This document shows positions 23,561 through 33,499 of a stretch of 64,000 nucleotides of DNA, piece after piece (position 1 is the stretch's first letter; each line of letters starts with the position of its first letter). The stretch is from Eutreptiella sp. 'Long Island Sound 2002' (lineage: Eukaryota; Protista; Euglenida). The notes under the pieces were generated by a model. It worked only from the letters and a program-made list of their open reading frames with translations. It was not told the DNA's origin and ran no database searches. Location of the stretch: assembly GCA_964036045.1 (NCBI GenBank), contig OZ038378.1, positions 106,082,001-106,146,000 of the forward strand, written 5' to 3'. The translations under genes were made by a program, and so were the position numbers.

Positions 23561-26073
23561 TGGTTGTTTTTTGGTGTGTTGTTGTTGCAAGGTGTCGCCA
23601 TCCATTTTACCCACTTTGTCCCGCTCCCACGTTATCTTCATTTTCCTCTTTTGGTTTTCAATGTTGCACATTTCTTTTTTATTTGGTGGTTATTCAATTT
23701 CCCCATTGAATATGCTCCCATATTTTTTCCATTTCCCCCTTTTGGTTGCAATGTCTTTTTCTTTTGTTTTTGTAACTACTATGTTTTCTAATTTTCCAAG
23801 GCGGTTCCCCAATGATCAAGCATTTCGCAATTGTGTCAAGGACTCCCTTTTTCTCCTTAGGCTTCGGTTTTTCCCTAAGGGGGGGAGGCACACTTCCCCC
23901 CCCTCCCTCGAAACCCAAATTCCTCCAAGCATTGGAACCGCAAACCCACCTGCAACAGGCAGATGATCAGACATCTTCCTGAATACAGTGTGCACACAAC
24001 ATCCCATATCAGACAGCAGACATCAAACTTTATACACAACTTTGTTGCACCCCCTTGGTGCTCGCAAACCTTGTGCACAGGTGTTTCCATGAACGGGCAC
24101 GCGCTCCCGCAGGAACATGTCTAGCGACCCGTGGTCTATGGTTCAAGGGCGTGCCACATAGGTTCGCCCACTCAGCTCCCACCACAGCTGCTATTGGTCA
24201 GCAATTAGGAATTGGAAAGCAACCGTGACCTTTCCGCTGGAAACACATGTCGTTTGCTGTTGGGTGGGCACCTTCATTTTTTCTTGGCTTCTCCGGATGC
24301 ACCACATCTGTATCGATGTCTGCAAATACCAAGGGCACAATCATGGGCATAATTGCGGGCGCCATTAGAATAGGTGGAGGCAGCACAAGAGTAGAGAAGC
24401 CTGGCGTGATGCCACTAAAGACACTACACAAAAAGGGGGCACGAAGCTTAGCGATATAGGTGCGCCGGGGTGTGTGGTGAGTGCCTCCTTGATTTGGATG
24501 GCAGTGTTCTGCAAGTTGCTCTGAAAGGATTTGCAAGAGGACGCGTTCAAGTGCTACATGCATGTGGCCACCTAGTCAATATGTATTACCACACATGGCT
24601 GCGGACCATAGATGGATGTGTACTGCATCCGTGCCTGGTGTGGTGCATAGCGGAGTGGGCAGCCGCAATGGATCCCTGCCACCATGGCAGAGATACGGCA
24701 GTGGCCCACATGCAAGTATGCCAGCGCGAACCTGTTTCTAGCCAACAAAAAGCAGAAGAAACTGCATGGCGAACGTTGAAAAGTTAAGCCAGGTACGTGT
24801 AGCAAGAGGCGGAAAGAAGAGACCAAGGTGACAGTGGTGTCAAACAGGAAAACGGACAAAATCACAAGTGGCTACACCACCCTGACCTTCTCGGAGGCGC
24901 AAGATTGGGTGGAATTTCTACGACACCCCAGCATTCTCAAGGGTCCTCAAAAGAGTGGAACAAATCATTGGTGGCTATATCACCCGTGCCTTCTCGGGGC
25001 CCCACAAGTGGGTGGAATTGTCGTCTTGTGCGTGATCCGGGCGCGGTCCGGACACAGTCAATGCGTGTTGCCAAGCTGCACAGGTGCGTTCTTATAGATG
25101 CAAGTAATTCTTCCGACCCTAACCCAGCAGTGTTGTACAGCTCTTGTATTTCCTCCTTTTATCTACCGATTCAAGATCGCGTACCCACAACGATTGTTCT
25201 ACGAGTACTGCCACGTGCACCACTACCACCAGCAATAGTGGTGACTCACCCGTTCCTGTTGAACGGCATGCGAAAGAGTATCCCAACCGTGGCATCTTGA
25301 CGAAGCCAAATGTCAAGGTTGAGTGCATTTACGTAGATGACGCAATCCTCAAGCATCACGTTGTGCAAACTTAGTTCGCGAAATTGACCATTACCCAACC
25401 GATTACGTGGAACATTAACCGTTTGGTGACCTCTACCTTAGGAAGCCACTTCTTGAGGTCCCCAGTGTGGCTGGGGTATACCCAAAGCGATGACACCCAC
25501 CCGGGGCTGTGCAAACGTTGGATTGCATCACTTGGTCCGCATTCCCAACCATTTGGAGGTGCCCGGGTTGTGCTTTTGTTGCACATTCCGTGGTTTTGGG
25601 GTGTTTTCGGGCACACCGTGCCTGGTATGCGTGGCCGGCGCATTTCGACGAGAGGGCTCCAAAAATCGCTGGGAATTTATCTGGTTCCCTATTAGGACAT
25701 TCCCAAGCATGGTCGTTTTCCTAGGCATACCTGACCATGGCCGTACGCATTTTGGACAAAATATCCCCGGCAGTTGGGAAACAAAATTCAAAGTGATTTA
25801 GCGGCATGTGTGTCTTGCCATGGCACAAAAATTTCTAAATTATGGAACAAAGCAAAGGAGGACCCGATTCTTGGTTATAACTGGGGGTTCGTTCCATCTA
25901 AAATTCTGGCAGTACAATGAACAAAAATTAGGTCTGCAATATGCACATGCATCACGCAAAAGCAATCAATGCAATGAATATGCCTTGGGTTAAATTGGGC
26001 ATGGGAGGTTAATTGAAGGGCACTTCAATCGCAACAGTGAATGTCATGGTTATATCATCAGGCAATTCTCAAT

Positions 26074-26101
26074 ACCATACCATACCATACCATACCATAC
26101 C
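26074..26101 (+). repeat. (CATAC)n microsatellite
   Basis: ATACCATACCATACCATACCATACCATACC-type run. Confidence 0.85.
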
Positions 26102-26182
26102 TTACCAAAAAGCTACCAAGACAAATATTCAATGCAAGACAAACATGATATGCAAATGGTTAGATTGGAATCGATTGATAAT

Positions 26183-26224
26183 AATGGGGTGCGCCGCTGG
26201 AAGCACTCCGCTGGAACCCCCCCC
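26183..26224 (+). repeat. Left TIR
   Basis: AATGGGGTGCGCCGCTGGAAGCACTCCGCTGGAACCCCCCCC. Confidence 0.9.
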
Positions 26225-26359
26225 CCCCCCATTTTGGCACACATGGTGGGTGGAGGTTACCATTAGACATTCACTCGGGGTGCAAATATGTTGTGTATGG
26301 TGTTCGTTTGTGGTGGAAACAAGGTGTACCGTTGCACGGGTGCTTAATTTAAGGTAGGT

Positions 26360-26530
26360 TCAAAACCGCTGGAACCCCCGCTGGAACCCCTTCCAGCACT
26401 GCGCTGGAAGAGGGGTTCCAACGCTAGAAGGGGGGGGTTCCAGCGCTGGAAGGGGGGGTTCCAGCGCTGGAAGGGGGGGGGGTTCACGCGTTGGAAGGGG
26501 TTCCAGGGGGGGTTCCAGCGGGGGTTCCAC
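26360..26530. repeat. Cluster of TTCCAGCGCTGGAA palindromes with G-runs (also at about 28765-28950, 30715-30895, 32655-32815)
   Basis: A 14-bp perfect palindrome and its half-sites (GCTGGAA / TTCCAGC), separated by G or C runs. The same half-site occurs twice in each TIR. Confidence 0.9.
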
Positions 26531-26628
26531 ACCGATTCTAGGCACACTACATCCCCTAGGCACAGTACATCCACTGCCCTCATGCCTGCACCACCTTTCT
26601 CACATTGTTGTGTTAGCATAGCTTCATC

Positions 26629-29600
26629 ATGAAGTGGTCGCACTTTCCGGTCCTTGCATCATGGCTTGACAAGGCCAAGGGCTTCGTGGGGACGCCTGGA
26701 TATGCAGCCCCTGTTGGTTGTGAACTCGAATCCCTCACAGCCGCAACCACAGCCGCCGTTATTTTCAAGCCCACCACCACTGTTGGTCGTGTTCACGTCA
26801 AGGGGTCCATCATGCATGACCGGCAGCCGCGCGTGGTGAGCCATTACATCGCCGAGGTCATGGGCAAGAACCCCCACGTCCCCATCTTCCAGTTCACCCT
26901 TTCCCCCAAGGACCAAGAGGATTTGGACCTCAGCATCACCTGCAGGCTCCCCACCGACTCCAACGTCACTGTGAAGCTCCATGTGGGGGACGACCAGTCC
27001 GGTGACGTCCTCTTTGCTAGGAGGCGCCCCACGAGCAAGAAGTTGGGCAAGGACAATTATTTACTCCCCCAACCGACCACCCACACACTCCGCTTCCTCT
27101 CCCTCAAAGACGCACACAGGCAGATACCAATCTACTCTTTGCCCACATCCAAGCAATTGCAATGGAAACCCGACGACCGCTTTGGCCTTACCACTCCCAC
27201 CATGATGTCCACTACCGATGCGGAGCCCTTCCTACCCTTTCCTATGTGTCACCCCCTTCCATTGATTGGCAGTAACGAGAAGGTTGTTCCTTGCCCTACA
27301 ACTGGTACCGCCACGAACGAGAACCCCAATGCCATCTCGGATTTTGGGCTTTACCGCTACCGAGGTATTTTCGTCGACTCCCCGGTCCACAGTGCCGCCA
27401 AGGACGAGTGCCTCACCATTCTGGGCCAGAAGTGGGGATCAATTTTCAACGACAATGCGCCGGCTCCAGGCCGTGCACAAGACAGCCCCGGTAGAAGTGC
27501 CTGCTACATTCGTTTGGGATTGCCACTACCAGATAGAGAGGGGTACGACCTGCCTGCTTTGGAGGCCCTTGCCAAGGAGGTGCAGTGGGAGATTCAAAAG
27601 GTGAAGGACTTCGAGGATGTTGTGGTTGTTCGGGCCGGCTATGTTCGGGCAACAAACAACAAGCGGCAACACTGGCACCGCGATCGCCCCTTGACACACA
27701 AAATTAAGGGCCGAGCCCTTTCAGTATTTGTGCCGTGCAATGTGGACATCCCGGCCGACGCCTCTTGTGGTAGATACGTGCCATTGTCCCATGAGGGGGT
27801 GCCTAAGCCCTGGTTCGAGTGCCCGATGGATATGGAGGTTGGGGATATGACCGTCTTCACGTCGGATTGATCCACGCTGGAGGAGCCGTTCCCATTGGGC
27901 TGCCTTCAGCCATTCCTCGCATAATTGCCTTCATCGCGCTGGCGAATTACAACGTGCACTACAACAACACCGTCCCCATTTCCCCCCCACCGTGGGCCTA
28001 TGCCGAATCGGAGGTGCAAGAACAGGTGAAATGTGGGCATTCCGGTTGCCGCAAGAAGGTCGCACAGCCCCCGTCCGTATGCTTCATGTGTCAGAAGGTC
28101 CCACTGTGCTCCAACCATGCAAGCGGTACTTGTTCAGTTTGCGACGCCACACTTACTGCCCCCACACCCGAACTCTTTGAAGCACCTCCTCCAGATTCAC
28201 CCCTTCGTGGGCTATCACAAGGCTCTGCAGGCTCTGCAGCATCTGTTGGAGACGTTTCTGTGTGCAGCTTCGCCACCACTTGCCTCATGCCGCTCGGAAA
28301 CACTGTCCTCTTGACACAACACCTACCACACCCTCCGGAGCCCATCACCTCGAAACAGCGCGTTGACGTAGAAGCAACACCATGCCTCCCGGAGAAGTGC
28401 CCTTTTGGTCCACACACCCACGAGGAGGAGCGCCTTCCACAACCTAGTGCCTGCTACCCACTGCTCAGAACAAACCCCGGCACCATCTTGGTCATCCGCT
28501 CGGGAAGATTTGGCGGTACGGCCTATTGTGGGAACCCAGATGGTGATGAACTCCGTGTGCTGCGATGGGATCAAGTACCACTGGAGACCCCAAACGTCGT
28601 TGACCCCATGATCCTAGTGCAGGCAGGCCTAGTGGTGGAGAATCCGAAGGAGGCAGGCGAGTACTGGTGCGCATGCCAGCAGGTAGCCGACCACTACTTT
28701 CGTTTATTACTACGTTTGCCGGTTTGGTGTCGTTGCGAGAGTGAAATTTATCCCAAGGTAGCTGCTGGAAGGGGTGCTGGAAGGGGGTTCCAGCGCCCGA
28801 AGGGGGGGGGTTCCAGCGCTGAAAGGGGGGGTTCCAGCGCTGGAAGGGGGGGGGTTCCAGCGCTGGAAGGGGGTTCCAGCGGGGGTTCCAGCAGGGGTTC
28901 CAGCGCTTGAAGGGGGTTCTAGCAGTTGGGTACAGGGGTTCCAGCGGTGCATTCCATCCCCCCAGTCAATTGACCATCCTCCCCTTGTGCCTCAGGCCAC
29001 ACTGGACATCTGGCCATCGGTGACTTATACGGAGGGCAGTGCCCCTGAGGAGGCCGATGAGACAGCCAAGGCTCCGGTTTCATCAACGGGTGTGGTTGCG
29101 AAGCCCAAGGCGGTGTCCAGCGAGATCGGTGGCCAAGTGGATACGCAGCCAATTACGTGGCCACCAACAGCCTCTTTGAGTCCGGAGGATTGGTCGGAGA
29201 GCTTGTTTTTGAAGGGGCAAACTAATTGGTACCGGTGCCTAAGTTTGCGGGTTAAAACACAGCCTCCACATGTGCTGATTTTGCATTTGCCTTTGCGCAT
29301 CACAGACCTACGTCATCCATCACGGCGCGAGTTATTTTTGTGTGCTGCTGCCACTGTAACGAAACACAGGTCATACACCTATCAATTGTGGGATGCTGAG
29401 GCGAATGAGTGGGAGGTTTGGCACTCTTTGAAGCGGTTTGGCGGTGTCGGTGGTGCACGGGTTCCATCCGGCGTCCAGACTCGTTTTGGTGATTGGGTGG
29501 CTGACCGGGTGGCTGAACCGTTGACAGGGCGGGGGTACAAGGCTGACCCCATGGTTGTCGATGATGAGGCTGATGATACTGAGATTGTGAAGTCTGAGGG

Positions 29601-30099
29601 TTCCCCCAAGGGGAGGACCGCTGTCAAGCAGGAGTCTACACCAAGGGCCACACCAAGGCCCGCACCAAAGGGCAAGGCACCAGCAAAGGTCACAGCCCCA
29701 CCAGCGAAGGTCACAGCCCCACCAGCGACCCCCGACCCAATCCCCTTCCCCATGGAGGAGACGGTTCGTGGCATTTCGGATGGGGTGATGCGTACGTTGG
29801 AGGGAAATGTGCAGTCCACATTGCGGGATATTCTGCCCGCGGCAGTTCGTGAGGCCATGAAGACAGAGTCCTCAACCCGGGCAACCCGTGAAATGCAGAA
29901 GCTTCAAAATGAACTGGTTGTAGCCAAGAGTCAGGCAAAGGCCGCAGAGAAGCGAGCACAGGACCTCCAGGACGCACTTGAGGATAGCAAGAGGCAGAAA
30001 ATAGAGGTAGAGGGTGAGCTGAAGCACATGCGAGAGAAGTGGGAGGAGGAGAAGGAGCGGTCCTCCAAGTACCTCACCATTTTGGAGAAGCACAAGTAG
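26629..30099 (+). CDS. Large cargo protein: PhyH-like 2OG-Fe(II) dioxygenase + Zn finger + Pro/Ala-rich linker + coiled coil; one frameshift near 27868 and one intron
   Basis: QHWHRD (HxD), LSVFVP, YVPLSH, GDMTVF, then a -1 frame change into LIHAGG...PRIIAF (distal His, Arg). Zn finger C-x4-C-x10-C-x2-C-x5-C-x2-H-x4-C-x2-C. A phase-0 GT-AG intron joins ORF 27819-28910 to ORF 28774-30099. The C-terminus is K/E-rich and heptad-like. Confidence 0.75.
28758..28995 (+). other. Predicted GT-AG intron filled with the palindrome cluster (acceptor at 28965 or 28995)
   Basis: Donor AAG|GTAGCT. The acceptors CCCCAG| (28965) and CCTCCCCTTGTGCCTCAG| (28995) both restore frame at phase 0. Confidence 0.7.
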
Positions 30100-30223
30100 G
30101 GAGGCTATTTTTGTTTGGTGGTACCGGTGTTTGTCCGTTTGTTTGTCCTGTCACCAAAGGCCACTGGGGGCAAATACGCTTGGTACAGCATGCGCGCTTC
30201 CAGACTGCCGCTGCCAGTGTTGC

Positions 30224-30535
30224 CCTTATTATGTTTTGATGCACTGATTTAACGCCGAGGCCACAGTTTGCATTCTTTGTGGCAAAGACTTTTTTGGCAA
30301 ATTACAAAGCACTTCTACTCGCCTTGCACGATGTGTGCCGGCGCTGCAGTGCGGGCGGAGGTGCATGCTCCTACCGTTTTTTTATTATGTTTTGATCCAC
30401 TTATTTAACGCCGAGACCACAGTTTGCATTCTTTGTGGCAAAGACTTTTTTGACAAATTACAAAGCACTTCTACTCGCCTTGCGCGATGTGTGCCGGCGC
30501 TGCAGTGCGGGCAGAGGTCCATGCTCCTAACGTCC
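30224..30535 (+). repeat. 156-bp direct tandem duplication (2 copies)
   Basis: AACGCCGAG(G/A)CCACAGTTTGCATTCTTTGTGGCAAAGAC at 30251 and 30407. Confidence 0.9.
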
Positions 30536-30923
30536 CATGGTATGGGGGCTTCTTCATGAAACGAATTGCAAATTACGCATTGCGAATTACGAATGACGAA
30601 CTACGAATTGCAAGATTGCCCAAAATACTGTCCTAAGCCTTTCTTTGTGCAAAGCGTCCCCGGGGACGGAATGGTTGGCAATAGGTGCCAGAGGGGTTGG
30701 GGCGGGTTCACTGCCAGAAGGGGTGCTGGAAGGGGGTTCCAGCGCTAGAAGGGGGGGTTCCAGCGCTGGAAGGGGGGGGGGTTCCAGCGCTGGAAGGGGG
30801 GGTTCCAGCGCTGGAAGGGGGGGGGGTTCTAGCGCTGGAAGGGGGTTCCAGCGGGGGTTCCAGCGCTGGAAGGGGGTTCCAGCGGGGGTTCTAGCACCCG
30901 TTCCTGGTCTTTAGGTGGACCCC

Positions 30924-32798
30924 ATGGACAAGGCTGTAGCAGCGTTTCTGCATTCATTGCTACCGCTGACGGCCTATTCCCAACTGAAGGACCGTGCCCG
31001 ACATGAGCGGCGTGGGCACATCGCCAAAGTTCTAGCTGCCCTTCTGGTGGAGGACACCCCGCTAGTCCAAGAAACCGTAGATGGGTTGTTCGTGCGCAGC
31101 AAGGGTGATGTTGAGGGGGAGGATAGCCACGCGTACCGGGCCGCCATTCGGGTGTGGAAGTACAGCTTGGACTCCAACCTCTCAATCCTGCAAACACTAC
31201 AGTTGCCGCGGCATTGCACGCAACGTGACCTTGCCGACACGAGGACACGGTTGACCCGCTACACGGCGGAAACATTGACCGTCAGTGGAGGCTCCATGCA
31301 CCAGAGGAGCGCGGGCGTGACGCAGTTGAAGGACGTGGCGGTAAACCAAGTTCAACTTGCCATAGCGGAGGGGAATTTTAAACATAATGGGGCTGAAAAG
31401 TGCATCTGGGTGGTTGTGGTGCCCGATGCAACCGTTTTGTGGAAAACTAGTGTTTCCAAAGCGGACGTGTTCGTCCATGTTTGGGGGGAGGGGGTGAAAG
31501 CGGCTGGCCACATTGCCCGTTGGGCAATGTGGTGGTGCATGGATGGGCCGGAGGATGCCGGGTGTCTGCTGGCTATCGATGACATTGGCAAACTCAATGA
31601 ACAAGTGGTTGCTTTGCAAAGGGACACCATTGTGTTCATTGATGGTGAGTCCTGGCGGTTTGTGGTGTTCCTGTCTTGGGATGGGAAGTTAATGGCACTA
31701 ACCAACGGCGGGGGGAAATGTTGGTGTTGTGACGATGTGACTATTTTAGTTCCATTGGATCATGTCCTTGCGAATGTTCGCTGGGGCTCATTCTTGCGCA
31801 CTATCAAGACGGATCGTCGGGTAGGAGATGTGGTCCATGGTGCTGGCCGAGTGACCAACGCTTTCAAAAAACGGTTGTCTGATGATATTGCACGGTGGTT
31901 GGTTGGTGTAGTTGGCCAGCGTGCCATGGCTCGCGAATTTCATGAAATTTGGGCTGAGTTGCTGCATGAGGCCCGCTCTATTCCTACCGCGGAGCGCAAG
32001 GAGCTTCTCCCTCGAAAGGCAAAGGAGGGAACGTTTGACATCAGCACTGCTCGACTTTTTTGGGACCGACCACGGCTTCAACAACGGCTTATCTCAGCCC
32101 TCCGAACCCACTTTCCAACTATTGTTTGCAACGGTGTATGTATGTATGTTCTAGTTGCTGTTTTTTTGCGCGATTTTTGTGCACTTCAAAAGCTATGGCG
32201 TAAGAAGGAACCCCTAACAGATGTTGAGGTGGCGTCTGCCAAAACTTTGTGCCAAAGCATTGGCACATGTTGGCAAGCGTTGGGTTGGAAGCCCACACCA
32301 TGCGTCCGTTGGACTGTGGCCCATTCCCACTACTTCCTTGCCAAATATCGCACGTTATATTTGTTTTCAAGTTTGCCGGCCGAACACCGGCACCGCTGAT
32401 TTAAGGTACAAGTGAAAAACTCCATGCGTGGATGGTCGCTACAAAAGCCCGGTGTGTCAAAACGGGGCTTGCGCCATGTCCTCAACATGGTCACCATGCA
32501 AATTGGCTTGCGTCACTATGTTTCCACGCAAGGGTCATGCATTTTTAAAACGACAACGCTGTTGATCGGCAAGGATGTTGTGCTGAACAAGTCAATCCAC
32601 ATTGAATGTGTTTGTGCCCCCAATCCGTGTTGTTGTGAAGTTGGGGTATGTGCCGGAAGGGGGGGTTCCGGCGCTGGAACCCCCGCTGGAACCCCCGCCG
32701 GAACCCCCTTCCAGCGCTGGAAGGGGGCGCTGGAAGGGGGTTCCAGCGGGGGTTCCAGCGCTAGAAGGGGGCCTAAAAAGTCGCTGGAAGCCCGCTAG
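30924..32798 (+). pseudogene. RAG1/Transib-like DDE transposase with one in-frame TGA (32397-32399)
   Basis: WVVVVPDAT (D1), FLSWDGKLMALTNGGGKCWCC (D2 plus CxxC, compare RAG1 GYDEK...CTLC), GDVVHG (DxxH), RWTVAH (Zn ligands, first His mutated), SSLPAEHRHR*FK (catalytic E). ORF 32412-32798 continues in the same frame after the stop. Confidence 0.8.
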
Positions 32799-32985
32799 AA
32801 GGGGGTTCTAGCAGGTGTCCCACCGTTTTTTGTGCCCCCCAGTGCTCCACAAGGGCGGGGTGACCGGGAACGGCCAAGATTTGTACTAGCAAGGGGGTCG
32901 TGGTGTAAGACATTTGGGGGTGCATTAGGTCAAGTCAACAGGTTTTGTGTGGGAAACCAAGATGTGATCAAAATTTCTGCTAGAA

Positions 32986-33027
32986 GGGGGGAGTTCCAGC
33001 GGAGCGCTTCCAGCGGCGCACCCCATT
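32986..33027 (-). repeat. Right TIR
   Basis: Reverse complement AATGGGGTGCGCCGCTGGAAGCGCTCCGCTGGAACTCCCCCC. Confidence 0.9.
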
Positions 33028-33499
33028 AATGAGGAAAGTATGGTTCAAAAAAATATGACAATTGAAGGTTGCTGACAATTGATAATAAGATGACGCGTGC
33101 GGCTTCAAGAACAATTCAAAAATGGGACAATTTGGTTACATGCATGCACGCATGTCATCAGAATGGTTCAACGTGTGAGTCATTGATGGCAATGAATACA
33201 ATTGAAACACAGCTAATTTTTAGGCCACCAATGGCAAAAACCTAAAGTCGAACTACAAATCAGCTTGTAATAAACTAAACCAGTACCATGTACTACGTTA
33301 CATGGAACAGCGGAACAGATATTGGACTTTAAACGCGAAATCCACTCGGAGGGCGAGGATCTTACCTACTACCATGTAATAAGCTAGGTTCAACAGGAGC
33401 ACCGCAACTAGCTCATTCTGTATTTTCCCTGCTGGGGACATATCTCCTCAGATTCCTACCCAAACCCGTGCACAGCCTAGCGGCTTAGTTGGTGCATAT

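Larger units (their letters stand above)
26183..33027 (+). mobile_element. 6.8-kb TIR DNA transposon with RAG1/Transib-like transposase and dioxygenase cargo
   Basis: 42-bp terminal inverted repeats (40/42 identical), flanking AAT direct repeat (26180-26182 and 33028-33030), two co-oriented genes and clustered internal palindromes. Confidence 0.85.

Noticed and set aside
16160-24200. TIRs delimiting the hAT/TET/USP block
   Set aside because: I found no convincing inverted match between the left boundary and the 23800-24200 region, so the element limits remain undefined.
28774-28965. N-terminus of the 441-aa ORF and C-terminus of the 363-aa ORF (GGSSA/GGVPALE repeats)
   Set aside because: These are translations of the palindrome cluster, better explained as a GT-AG intron.
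26629-30099. RAG2-like partner gene
   Set aside because: No kelch-repeat pattern is visible, the motifs are those of a 2OG-Fe(II) dioxygenase, and the gene is tandem rather than convergent.
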